From Gracilinanus agilis (Eukaryota), in contig NC_058130.1 of the NCBI RefSeq assembly GCF_016433145.1, forward strand, positions 132,977,214 to 133,041,213: a stretch of DNA of 64,000 bases. Reading direction: 5' to 3'. A model generated the notes under the pieces. It was not told where the DNA came from. It did not search any database and was given only the letters and a program-made list of their open reading frames with translations. Below, one piece after another: positions 13,967-32,500 of the stretch; position 1 is the first letter of the stretch, and every line of letters starts with the position of its first letter. The position numbers and the translations under genes were made by a program.

Positions 13967-14157
13967 CAGTGGTTCCCAAATTTTTTTTCCTACTGCCCCC
14001 TTTCCAGAAAAAATATTACTTAGTGCCCCTGTCACATACTATCACCGCCCCCTTACAGTTATTCACTGCCCCCAAATGCACCTGTGGCCACCACCACCTC
14101 CCCTGGATCACTGCAGCAGCCACCAGGGGGTGGTGGCACCCACTTTAGGAATCATTG
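13967..14157. mobile_element. hAT/Charlie-type non-autonomous DNA transposon (MITE, 191 bp)
   Basis: TIRs CAGTGGTTCCCAAA / TTTAGGAATCATTG. 8-bp TSD GTCTAAGG at 13959-13966 and 14158-14165. Confidence 0.85.
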
Positions 14158-14176
14158 GTCTAAGGCATATCTTCTT

Positions 14177-14757
14177 CTTCTTCTTCTTTTTTTTTTAATA
14201 TAAAACCTTACCTTCCATCTTAGAAACAATACCGTGTATTGGTTCTAAGTCAGAAGAGTGTTAAGGGCTAGGCCAGTGATGGGCAACCTTTTGAGGCTGG
14301 TGTGTCAAAATTCACCAAAAAACTGAGCATAACTTGGGTGGTATGTCACTTCGAGAAAAAAAGCATAATTTTACAATATTTATAGTTTAAATAACAAAAA
14401 TGTATAATTGTAATATATAACTGTATTTAATAAACCAAAATAGGTAAATTAATATAGGTTGTCATCTATAGCACACAGAGTGTCTACACTGCACTATAGC
14501 AAATGTTTCATCCTTGGCATTGTGCGGCCCCATACTTCTCTGTATGCAGCCGCATGTGGCTGCCTGTCATCGAAAATGGCTATGCATGTCAGTACTGACA
14601 TGAATGTCATAGGTTTGCCATCACTGGGCTAGGCAATGGGAGTTAAGTGACTTGTTCAGGGTCGCACAGCTGGGATGTGTCTGAGGCTAGATTTGAACTT
14701 AGGACCTCCCATCTCTAGACTTGGCTCTCAATCCACTGAGCCACTCAGCTGCCCCAC
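14177..14757 (-). mobile_element. Antisense SINE1_Mdo-like SINE interrupted by a hAT MITE
   Basis: SINE halves rejoin at GGCTAGGC. 17-bp TSD CTAAGGCATATCTTCTT at 14160-14176 and 14758-14774. Confidence 0.85.
14274..14626. mobile_element. hAT non-autonomous DNA transposon (MITE, 353 bp)
   Basis: TIRs CAGTGATGGGCAACCT / AGGTTTGCCATCACTG. Perfect 8-bp TSD GGCTAGGC at 14266-14273 and 14627-14634. Confidence 0.9.
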
Positions 14758-17080
14758 CTAAGGCATATCTTCTTAACTTAATGTCTATAGCCCTCCAAGA
14801 GATCCAGGAATAGACTTCAGGGCTTTTATGAACTTTTATGGGGGAAAAAATCTTTATTTTCATCATCCTCTAACTGAAATTTTACATTTCCTTACATTAT
14901 GAATTTAAAAAAAAAGACAATATTCTCAGAAGGTGCATATTAGCTTTACCAGGCTGCTAAAAGCATCCTTGACACAAAATAGGATAAGAACCCTTGGAAG
15001 ACCAAGGATACAACTTTTAGACAACAATAGAAAAATATAGAGGTAGCACAGCTTCTCAAGGTCTTCTCGTTCGCCTGTGAAAAGATGTGTTCAATGTTCC
15101 CTAGTAGGAGGTGGCCTAAATGGAACTAGGAACTAAGAACAAAGAGGAGGGAGGGGAACCTAACATAGCAGGTGATGATTTACTTGAAGGCCTGGGCCAG
15201 AGGTCATCTTCCTAAGAGAAGTTCCCTATTGGTTCATGCTAGTTAACCTGTTTTTGTTGTTGAACCAAGTCATGTTGCCTAAGCCAACTCCTTGCCTACA
15301 ATACCTAAAAAGATCTGATCCTATCTCCAACCTTGCCCTAGAGTTCTGATCTCTATCTCCAACTGCCTTCTTTATAGCTTCACCTGTATATCCTACCAGC
15401 CTTTCCAACTAAATCAATTCAAAATGTAAAATGTGAAATAATCTTATTATTGCTGCCTCCAAACTTGCCCATTCCCCAGTTTCCCTTCCGGTTGCTGGCA
15501 TCACATTTCTCCACTTATTCAGGTACATAACCCCTATCTTTTCAACTCTTCCTTCTTTCTCCCCTCATATATGCCATCAGTTGCCACATCCTGTAGATTC
15601 TACCTTATCTACATATCTACCATCCATTCCCTCCTTTTAACTCCTACTACAATCATTCTAGTTCACGTTGTCATCCCCTCTCAATTAGATTATTATAATA
15701 GCCTCCTATCTGTTTTTCCTTTTATTCTATCCTGCCAAAGCAATCTTCCTAACGTACCACTTTTTTTTGTCATACCTCTACTCAGAAAATATTCAGGCCT
15801 TCTCTTCTGCCTACTCAGTTGAGTATAAACTGGCATCCACTCCCTATTCCCTGACCCCACCAAAACACACATATTCAGTATTGTTCCAACCTAGTTTTCA
15901 GTCTTATTTCATGTTCTTTCCCTTCACGTAGTCTATATTCCAGCCAGGTTGTATAGAGAGCCAGCTTTATATTTTTGGGGGTCCTGAGTGGCTTTTAGTG
16001 GTGTTGGATTGAAAAGACCAGAAACAGAAAACTGAAAACAGCCAGACTAGCGGTTAGCCTATAGCTGCTCCAACTGCTATGGAGTTTAGAGTTTATTATA
16101 TGCTGGTTTCAAACAAAGAACACAGAGAAAGAATCACAGCTGTGAAGGGGTTACAAATCACATAAAAGAAAATCCTTGGAGGCTTCAAAGTAGAGATGGA
16201 ACAGGGACCAAGGCCGAATTCCAACCACCAATTAATAAGAAGTTAATTCTGAGAGCAGAAATATATTTCATAGAGATTTTTACTAATTGAGTCCTGTACT
16301 CTTGATTTACAGGATTGCACCTGGTCAGATAAGGTCTTGTCTAGCTTTGTCTGTTTCTGGCCTTGATTGTCTAAGTAATATTTTTTTGGAGTTCAGGCTT
16401 CTTGATTATCAAGGAGAGAAATTGTTAACTCAGTAGCTGCTGGTCTGCTAAGGACTCAAAGCTTTTCAATAAGTCTATAATGTTTTTCCAATAAGAAAAG
16501 GTATGGATCATAAAAGGGGTCAAAAGAGGGGTCTCAGATTTTTATCTATTCTCTTATTGGCTTCCCACAAGGTTGCACTTTACTTCTGGATATAGGTAAG
16601 GTAGGGAACTGTTTCAAAAAAAGGAAAAATAGCATAAGATGTGTACAGGGGATGGCAAGTAGTCCAGTTTGACTGGAATATAGAGTACAAGGAGAAAAGT
16701 GTTATTATATAAGGCTGGAAAGCTGGGAAGATACCAGATTATGGAAGCCCTTGAATACCTAGAGAAGGAGTTTAGACTTTTATTTGGCAACCAGAAGAAA
16801 CACATGGAAATTTTTGAACAGAAGGGTTACAAGATCAGATCAAATCAGATTGATACATACTGATTTGAATCCTGTATAGAGATTTCAGTCTTGGGAGGTG
16901 GATAAGATAATCAAAGGAAAGAGCCAAAGATAAACTCTCTGAGAATGATTTTATTAAAGGCCTGGAAGAAGAAAGATCAGCCTGGGATAGAAGCAGAGAA
17001 GGAACAGTTAAAAGTAGAACCTAGAGAGTGCTGTGTCACAGAAGGCGAGGGAGTGTCAAGCAGGAGGATTCTTTTTCTCC

Positions 17081-17083
<3 letters not shown>

Positions 17084-17114
<31 letters not shown>
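17084..17114. repeat. (TG)n microsatellite
   Basis: Perfect TG run read directly. Confidence 0.95.
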
Positions 17115-17117
<3 letters not shown>

Positions 17118-18714
17118 CAATAAGACCATTTATTCAGAACATAAATGCATAATAAAGCACATTCCTAGTAAATTTAGTTTCAATTCCCTTCCCCCCAGAG
17201 CAGTTTGGGTTTTGAGTGCCATCGAAACTCATGACTAGGATAGGGAAAGGTGAACTAATACCTTTGTTCCCTGGATTGCCCCTTGCAAGAAGGAGGATTT
17301 TCAACAGCATCAAATGCCCCAGAGATCAGAGACAAAGAGGAGGAGCTGGAAAGAAGGAAAAGGAGGAAACTGAGTAGTTGTTCCTTGAGCTCTGTACTTG
17401 CACGGGGTTGGAAGTATATTTCCAGACCTCTTTATCACTTCTATTTTTAAAAATTCTTAGCTTCCTTCAAAGTTTGGTTTAGGTGTCATCATCTACTGGA
17501 AACTTCCTGATTCAAGCAGCTTCCTTGAATGTTATGTTGTAATTACATATTTGTATACTTGTTATAACCAGTTAAATATAAATCTACTTAGGGCAATGAC
17601 TTCTGTTTTTGCTTTTGTGTCCACAACAGTGTCATGTACATACAGTAGATGCATTAATAAATGTTTGTTGAAATTAATTTAATCTCTAAGATCTGTTCCA
17701 TCTCCAATTTCATGGCTTACTTAATAGGCTAAACTGGCCTCTTCCTACATGGAAGCTTCAGCCAGGAAATATCAATCATGAACACTAGGAAATGATTTTT
17801 AAAAACACTCCATGTGGCAAAATAATTGCAGTCTTAAATGACAAGCTATCATACACTAAACTTCCCTATGCTAGTAATATAACCCCCACCCATGGCTCAT
17901 AGCAGATCTCTATCTAGTATTTTATTGAGTCACTAGGTAATTGCATGAAGAAGTTTAGAAGGGGGAAAAAAAACCACTTATCAAATTAGTAAGGGTTACC
18001 AAAATCCTGCCAGGCCTGTTGCATGTTCTCTGGTGTCTATTATATTAGCACCTGAGCCATGCCACTCTGAATTAGTATATCTGATCCAGAAGCAAATTGT
18101 GAGGGTTTTTGGAATCATGAAATACTATTTTGCACAGTCTCTGCTTTAGCACAAGAGAAAAACTCTGTTCTTGGTCATTTGAATAAATAAAAAATAATTT
18201 ACAGAAGCCCTGCAGATATGTTTTTATAACCCTATCCTATTGTACACTATGTTTTTTTGCCCTTTCAAGGAATTCAATGATAGGGAACAGTAATGGATAA
18301 ATAAACTAGAAGAAGGCTTCCAGTGCATTAAAAAAGGGCTTCAAGGAAAGATATTGGAAAGCTGGGAATAAGATACATGCATGAAGAGAAAGAGAGGATA
18401 AGTTACTTTCTTTCTAATCTTTACCTTCCTGTAATATTAGGTATCAATTCCAAGAGAGAAGACTGGCAAGGGCTAGGCAATTGAGATTAAGTGACTTGCC
18501 CATTGTCATATAGCTAGGAAGTGTCTGAGACCAGATTTGAATCCAGATTTGAACTTTCATCTCCAGATCTGGTTCTTTCTCCATGAAACCACATAGTTGC
18601 CCCTATGGGTTGTTTTCCACACACATTCCATGACAAGGGAGCAGTAATAATCAATAATCCCATGTATCAGAGGAAATAGCTATGAGGGGAAAAAATAGTA
18701 CGAGGGGAAAATTT

Positions 18715-19010
18715 TTTTTTTATTTTATTTTTTAGAAAAATTTTCCATGGTTACATGATTCATGTTCTTACTTTCCCCTTCACCCCCAACCCCGCCCTCC
18801 CCATAGTCGACTGGAATTTCCACTGGTTTTAACATGTCATCAATCAAGACCTATTTCCATATTATTGATAGTTGTATTGGTGTGGTCATTTTGAGTCTAC
18901 ATCCCCAATCATATCCGCATCAACCCATGTGTTCAAGCAGTTGCTTTTCTTCTGTGTTTCTACTCCTGTACTTCTTCCTCTGAATGTGGATAGCATTCTT
19001 TTCCATAAAT
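18715..19010 (-). mobile_element. LINE-1 3' end fragment
   Basis: T-rich tract followed by ttttccatggttacatgattcatgttcttactttcccc..., near-identical to 5810-6110. Confidence 0.85.
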
Positions 19011-20199
19011 CTAGGGGGAAAAAAACAGGTTGTAACATTTTGCTGACTAATGACATTAATTCATGATTTCTGTCAGTCTCCAGGTTTTCTGGTCACCCAT
19101 ATAGTTGAGTAGCCATCTAGATCTTTAAAAAAATTATTTACCCTCTGCTATTTTAAATTCTCCTCTGTGCATCTCTCTCAGCTCAAACTGCTCAGGGGGT
19201 AAAAAGCAAATAGACTGAGCTGAGATAAATACATAGAAGACGATAGTTCTAAAAGCACATTGTTCAGCTGAGGGTTGGGTGATATCACCTCTCTCCCCTT
19301 ATTCAATAAACTCCAATGGCTCCCTATTGCTTCCTGGATCAGACATGAAACCCTCTGGTGATCAAACCACTTCATAACCTAGACCCTACCTTTCCAGTCT
19401 TTTGACTCCAGGCTTTTTCTCCAGCTGTGTCCCATGCCAGAAACATCCCTTTTCATCTCTACCTCCTGCCTTCTCTGGCTTCCTTCAAATCCCAACTAAA
19501 TTCCATCTTCTATAGGAACCCAACCCAATCTTAATTCTAATGCCTTCTCTCTCTTAATCACTTCCTAATTGTTCTGAACAGAGCTCATTTGTACATATTT
19601 GTTTGCTTGTGTCTTCCCCATTAGACTATGAACTCCTTGAGGATAGGGATTGTTTTTTGCCTCATTCCATCTCCAGCACTTAACATAATGTCCAGCACAT
19701 AGTAGGTGTTTAATAAATGTTTAATGACTGGGCTGGAAAATTTTGCCAGACACATTCATTTTATATCTATGAAAAACGATGTCCTTCCAAAGATGACCCC
19801 TCAGTCGACCTCCACTTGGCTACCGGTAAACTAGGTAATCTGGAGTCAAGAGCATGTCACCAAAATGTCATAGGTTCACAGATTTAAAGTTGGAGAAAGA
19901 CCTTAAGAGATCATGTCGTCCAGCAAGCCCATTTTGCAGGGGGTAGGGAAAGTGGGGAGAATTGAGTCCCAGACCCATTAGGTTGCTTGTCCTAGGGCCT
20001 AAATCATCCAAAGCTGGGTTTTGAACTTGACCCCCTCCCAGGGTTCTTTCCTAGGCTAACTCTCGAAGTGGTGGCCTGAGATGTGCCTTTGGTCAAAGCC
20101 CTGAACTCTCTGAACCCCGCGATCTGCCCGTAGGTATGGCTGGGAGAGAGCTTCGCAGAAATCTATGCAGTTTTGCTGCCCGAACAGGCCTCGCCCAAT

Positions 20200-20654
20200 G
20201 TCCCTCTCGTCGGAAGGGACTACGGAACCGAAGTCCGCAGAACACAAAGGGAGGCGACTCGCCCAGAGCCGCACGCAGCGAGCTCCTATTGGGAGCCTTG
20301 GCTCCAGCTTCCCAGTTTGTGATGTGGAATACTAACCTCTGGACAGCGCCCGTCGCCCCCGGGTGCTTCCCCTCCCTTCTAAGCTCCCCAGAGACCTAGG
20401 CTTGAGGTGGGGGCGGTGGCCCGCGCGTAAGCAGCGCGTTGGGGCGGAGGTGTAGAGCGCAGGCCGCGCAAGCGCAGGAGCCTAGCCTAGCTACCCTCGA
20501 GCCGGGAGTCGAGAGCCAGGGCCTGACTCGAGTTGAGGGGCGGCCCCTGCGTGGGGAGCGTGCCGTGAGCGGCGGAGTGACGTGAAGGAGGGCGGGGCCG
20601 TCGCGCGCCTAGGCGGGACCCCGGGCGGAGCCGCGGGGAGGGAGGGGAGTGGAG
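20200..20654 (+). promoter_or_regulatory. MAPK3: MAPK3 CpG-island promoter / 5' UTR
   Basis: CpG-dense. Several GGGGCGG GC boxes, TGACGTG at 20578-20584 and GCGCA-type NRF1-like repeats, directly upstream of the ATG at 20655. Confidence 0.75.
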
Positions 20655-26957
<6,303 letters not shown>

Positions 26958-27989
26958 AGCAAGGATCCTCTCCTTGTGAGGACCTGGTAAGTGCTTCTCA
27001 TCCAATCATATACTCCCATGTACACACATACATGCTGTATGTGAATATATATGCACACCAAAATGCTTACACACACCTAGGGACACAAAGATCTGCTTAT
27101 CTCAACCCTATGTGTATACAAACACATTCTCTTCCCACCCCAACTGTACACAAACCCATGCCAACACACACCCACTCCATCATACTTTTATATATTTAGC
27201 TCTTGACCTAGGTTTGCTTCCTCCAGCAAGACCCTGCTCTCCTCTACTTTCCTGTGATAATAAAGCTTGTTCACATTATATAACACTTCAGAGTTTACAT
27301 ATTACCCTCCTCACAGAAACTCTTGACAGGTGGATAGTACAAACACTGTAATTGCCATTTTAGATATGAGAACATTTAAGGGACAGATAGGTTAATGAGC
27401 CAGTAAGGAGCAGAACTGAGAAAGCCAGGTCCTTTGATGGCAGGTCCATGGTTTCTTCCACTAGATTGTTCTACCTCACCCCTTCTCTGCCTCACTGGCC
27501 CTACAAGATGGAAAAAGCCTAGTGTTTCCCAGGGCTAAATTTGCCCCTGTGAACCCCTCTATGAACCCTCTCTTGTTGTGCAATCTGACCCAATAGGGAC
27601 TGATGGTACCTCCAGTCTATGTTCCTTGGCCTCCTATGAGTTTGGAACAGTAACTTCCAGAAAAAAGATTATCTAAAGAGGCCTGACTTCTGTACCAGAA
27701 GGGCTTTTCCTCAAGCCTGAATAATGTGGTACAACCACACTTCTTGGCCTCCTTCAAACCCAAGAAGAGGGATATAAATATTTGGGGAGGAGGCCAACAT
27801 GCCTAAACATGCCCTAAGGCCCAAGCCAATCTTCTCTGACCCCTGTTATTCAGACCAACTATTCAGCCACAGTGTAATTCTGATTTTGCTAATCAGTTCT
27901 CAGTCTCTTTCCTTTGGTCTTTTGATCCCATGTTCTTTCTCTGTCTTCATAAATCTCTGAATTTGGGTCTTGGCCTCTTTTTTCCCCAG

Positions 27990-28770
27990 AAGCTGAATTC
28001 CACCTGCCCCTTTTCCTGCTGGACTGTTTGAAACTGGATGCCATTCACACCTTGGCCCCTCATTCCAGGCAGGGGACTGATGGGTGTGTGTGTGTGTGGG
28101 CCCCTCTGTCCTAACATGCTTTATCTCAGAGACAGCCTTTCATCCCTTTTACTTCAGGGGAAAACCATGACCCCTTTTGCAGCTAGGGGTTCTGGACCAA
28201 ACCTTTGCTCCCCTGGCTGGCTTACCACTGCCCCAGAAGCCTTCACTTTCCCCCCCAAACTCCCCCACTTCAGCCTGGCCTAAGGAACCCAAGGCTGCTT
28301 TTCCCTAGTCCCTTCACATGCTCCTTTTTGCAAGGGCTAGTGCTACTTCTCAGCCCCTAATTTCTATAAGGCACCTTGAAGATTGTGTTTGATGGGGGTG
28401 ATGGGGAGTGAGTTGGAAGGATTCTGGCTCTTTCACATGATTGACACCTCCCCCAGATTTTCTCTAACCTCTGTGGAACATTCCTGATTCTCAAGGGCTA
28501 GTTTTCAGATTAGGGAGAAAGAAAAAGGTCTGGAGGGTGGGACTGGAATCCTTCAGACCCCAGGCTGTGCCCCTGACGCTGCCATGTTTAACCCCATTTT
28601 CCCCTAACCCTTCCTGGAAGGGGTGCCCCTGCTGCTTGTGTGTATGAGTGTGTATGGGAGGGAAGGGCAGCCGGCCAGCTAACCCTGTGGTATGGTAGGG
28701 GAGGCCAGACCACTGTCTCCCAGCACCTGTATCTAATATATAAATATATAGATGTGTATCAGGATCCTCT
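27990..28770 (+). other. MAPK3: MAPK3 non-coding last exon (3' UTR)
   Basis: Donor CTG|GTAAGT at 26986/26987, 29 nt after the stop. Acceptor ctttttttccccag at 27989. AT-rich end TATATAAATATATAGATGTG at ~28737-28756. 3' end approximate. Confidence 0.6.
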
Positions 28771-29242
28771 GCCTCTGTGTCTTTGTTTGCTGCCAATCTC
28801 TTGAATGCTTCATCCCCTTACTTTTCTATTCTGGTCCTTCCTTGGAGCAGACTAACTCTAGGTCACTTCTGGGGTGGGGGATGGAAGTGTTTGAAAGGGC
28901 TTAACCACAAACCACCTCAGCCCTACCCAACTGCAGAGATCTTTGACCCCAGCCAGCCGGATTATTCTGCCTCCAGCATAGGAGAACAGGTTGGGCCTTT
29001 CCTGCCCAGAGGGGGGAGACTGGGTACTTAAAGGAGAGTGGGGTTATTTTTCCCTTTGAGGCTACCCTCTTTTCACCCTTTCCATTTCCTTTCAAACTGG
29101 AATTGAGGTGATTCAGGGCACCCCACATGCTCCCACGCCCTATGACTGGCCAGAGGGCAGTGGGTTCACCCTGAGCCCTGATGAGGGAGTGGGAGATGAG
29201 TTCTCAGCACTCCCAGCTGGAAGGCAGCAGTGAGCTTTAGAT

Positions 29243-29254
29243 CAGCAGGGGGCG
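29243..29254 (+). promoter_or_regulatory. CTCF-like motif between the MAPK3 3' end and GDPD3
   Basis: CAGCAGGGGGCG matches the CTCF core consensus. Confidence 0.5.
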
Positions 29255-29587
29255 ACAGCAGGAGAGGTAGAGTCAGCTTTCCTGTCCCTGCTCCTGGGTT
29301 TGTCTCTTGAGGATGGAGGACAGCATGAGTAGTACAATAAGCCTGAGGATGGGGGTGGGGACATGGCCCAGAGCTGTCCAGGTCCCTGGATGTCCCGCCC
29401 CAGCTCCTGCCCTGTCAGCTGGGCCTCCTGCCAGTGGCAGGCTCAGCAGGTCCTAGGGGTGTGGTGGTGCAGAGGCAGAGGGAACCCTCTGCAGCCTGAA
29501 AAGGAGCCAGAGAGCTAGCCAACCTGAAGGCTAGCTGGCAGAAGACAGAGACCCTTACACCTCGCCCTCTTAAGAACTTCGTCTTCC

Positions 29588-32500
29588 ATGAGCTCCCTGC
29601 TCTACTATGCCCTCCCTGCCCTGGGGGGCTATACTGTGCTTTCTTTCTTCTTCCTTCGCCGGCCCTGGCTGCTCCATGCTCCCCGGGAACCTGCCTTCAG
29701 ATGTCAACTTGCTGCTCACAGAGGGGGTGAGGACACTGCTTCAAAGAGACAGACATCGATGAGTTTGGGAATGGGAGACAAAAATGGAAAGGGAGGCTCT
29801 GGGATGTGTGGAGGAAATGAAATAAGAGACTACATTTTAATCTAAGTCAGTTTGTGGTCAGCACAGATCCTTATATACAGTTTAGTAACACCCTTCTCTA
29901 TTTGAAGTTGACACTACAGTAAAGGATGGATGGGATAAAATTGGGGAGAAGAAACAGGTCTTAAATGTATGGTAGATAGAGGCCTAGGGTATGAAGACAC
30001 ATTCCAAGGGATGAGATTGGGGAAGGGACACTGGTTCTAGGAAGAGGATTGAAGAGATGGCCGGGACTAGGGAGAGGAAACCAGTACTTGGGAGTGGAAT
30101 GGAATTGGTGAAAGGGGAAGCAGGTTTAAAAAAAAAAAAAAAAGAAATCAGGAGAATGGAGGAGTGTTATGGAGAAAGGAGAGAAGACCAGGGACTTGTC
30201 AGAGGGTCAGAGAGCAAAGAGGCACAAAGGAATAAAATGGGATTGAGAGACTAATTGGAGATGGAGCCCAGACTCATGTCCCATCTCTTCCCACAGGTTC
30301 TGGGGAACGACTTGAACATACCATAGAGGCCATGGAAAAGTGAGTCTGACTCTCTTTTGATCTCTGATCCCAGTATTTCCCTCGGAAGTGACCTGTACTC
30401 TGTCATTCCCACAGCGCCACAGCCCAACGATCAGACCTCTTTGAGTTGGACTGCCTTCTGTCTCGAGATGGCCAAGTTGTTGTCTCCCATGATGAGAACC
30501 TTTTTCGACAATGTGGCCTCAATAAGAACGTTGGGGATATAGATTTTGAGGTGGGGGTTCCCCTAAGTACTTCCCCACATTTAAGACTCTCCCATCTAAC
30601 CCCAGAACCTCCTTAAGGACCTGAGCCTTATACCCCCCACCCCATACACCAAAGTCCCTCAGATCTTTGCCCCTTCATTCTCTCTGCCAGTCTGGTTCTC
30701 CTATAACATTAATCCTTTCTCTCCCACACTTCCCCCAGGACCTGCCTCTTTACAGAGAGAAGCTGGAAGTATACTTCTCCCCAGGTGAGATAAAGAGGAG
30801 TCTTGGATTGGGGAGAAGTTATTAGAAAAGTTTCCATGACCCCTGGCCTTCCCTGGGAACTGCTATAGGAAAGGGAGGGAAAAATAAACCAACCTAGGCT
30901 CCTCAAACTGTGTGATGGGAAAGAGGGAGTCCTCCCTGCTCCTTTCCTAGACATATGCTTGACTTCTTGGTGACCTCAGCCATCTCTTTTACCATAGCCT
31001 TTACCCTTTTCTTTGACATTCCCCTCTCAAATATGATTCCACTCTTGACCTCTAGTTTCTCTGACCTCCAGTCTTCTTTGTACCCCCTTCCTCCTTATAC
31101 CTACTACTTCCCTTTGATTCCAGGCCAGTTTGCACGAGGATCAGACCGTAAGATGATTCGGCTAGAAGAGGTTTTCCAGAGGTTCCCTAGAACACCCGTG
31201 TCTCTGGAATTGAAATCAGGAGATGAGGAACTCATTAATAAGGTAAGGCTGCAGGCAGTTGGGAAGGCAGAGGAAGAGAAACTGAAGACATAGCCAAGTT
31301 GGCCTCTTGATGGGGGGGGGGGGGAGAACTGGAGACTAAGGAAGATTTAAGAGCCAAGAAAGCCTTTCTGACTTTCCCTCCATACTCCTAGATAGTTACC
31401 CTTGTCAAGCGCTTTGACAGAAGTGAAATAACCATTTGGGCTTCTGAAAAGAACTCCGTCATGAAGAAATGCCATGCAGCTGTAAGTTGCCCCATTCTGT
31501 TCTGGACCCCCTTTTCTTGTCCCACTTCCTATTGTTCCCTGGTTCTCCCACTATCCCAAGCCCCTGCTTTGGGTCTGTTCAGTCACCCATGGAAATCCAT
31601 TCTCTCCACTAGTCCTGAAAGTAAGGATCCCTCTGTTTCCTTCAAGAGACATCATATAACACATGGCTTGTCTACAGCAACTTCTTAGGTTTTATTCCTT
31701 TCGTTGGCCTTCAGTTTTTTTGTAGGGATTAATTCTAACTTATACGCATGTGTGGATCCTGAGAGGCCTCAAAGAAAAGCACTTTTGCTGTCTTTGGGGT
31801 GGGAAGTTAATCAGGGGAATATTTCATCAAGGGGAGGAGGGGTTGTTGAGTTAGACCTTAAAAGGTGACTTTAGAGTCAAAAATTGGGAGTTAGAATCCT
31901 GACTTTGTCATTTACTAGCTAGATGATCATAGTAAAAGTAATTTCTCGTTTCTGCTTCTGTTTTCTCATCCATTCAAATGAGGAGGTTGGACTGGACAAT
32001 CTTGGAGGTCTCATACTACTCTAATTTTTAATTCTATTTTGACAGAGAAGGGCATTCCAAGTAAAGGAAGCACTTTTGTGCTAAGCAAAGGAAGTTAGCA
32101 TGGCTTCTGAAGGGAGCATATTAAAACCTCTGGCTTATCTGGATTGGAGGGTATATAGTGGGGAACAAAGACCAGTCTATTAAATAGGACATAATATTGG
32201 GGCCATTTTGTGGAGGGTCTTAAATCTCAGGAGAGAAATTACATAATTGGGGTTTAGACTTTCATTCTGTAGATACTGGTAATCCCTGGAGCATCTTTTC
32301 TCCTATATTCTGGACCCTTAAACTCTGCACCTCTTCCCTGGAGAGCCTTGCTTGCCATTTTCCTTCAGATAAGCCTAGCCCCCCCCCCTCTACTCTACCC
32401 CAGCCTTCCTGAGACTGACCCTTCTGGCTCCCTTAGAATCCAGAAATGCCCATGTCTTTCACCACAATCAGAGTTGTTTGGTTGCTGTTCCTGTATTATG

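Noticed and set aside
15950-16560. Possible ERV internal/LTR fragment
   Set aside because: It looks repeat-derived, but I could not identify a gag/pol/env motif or LTR ends. It needs a Dfam search.
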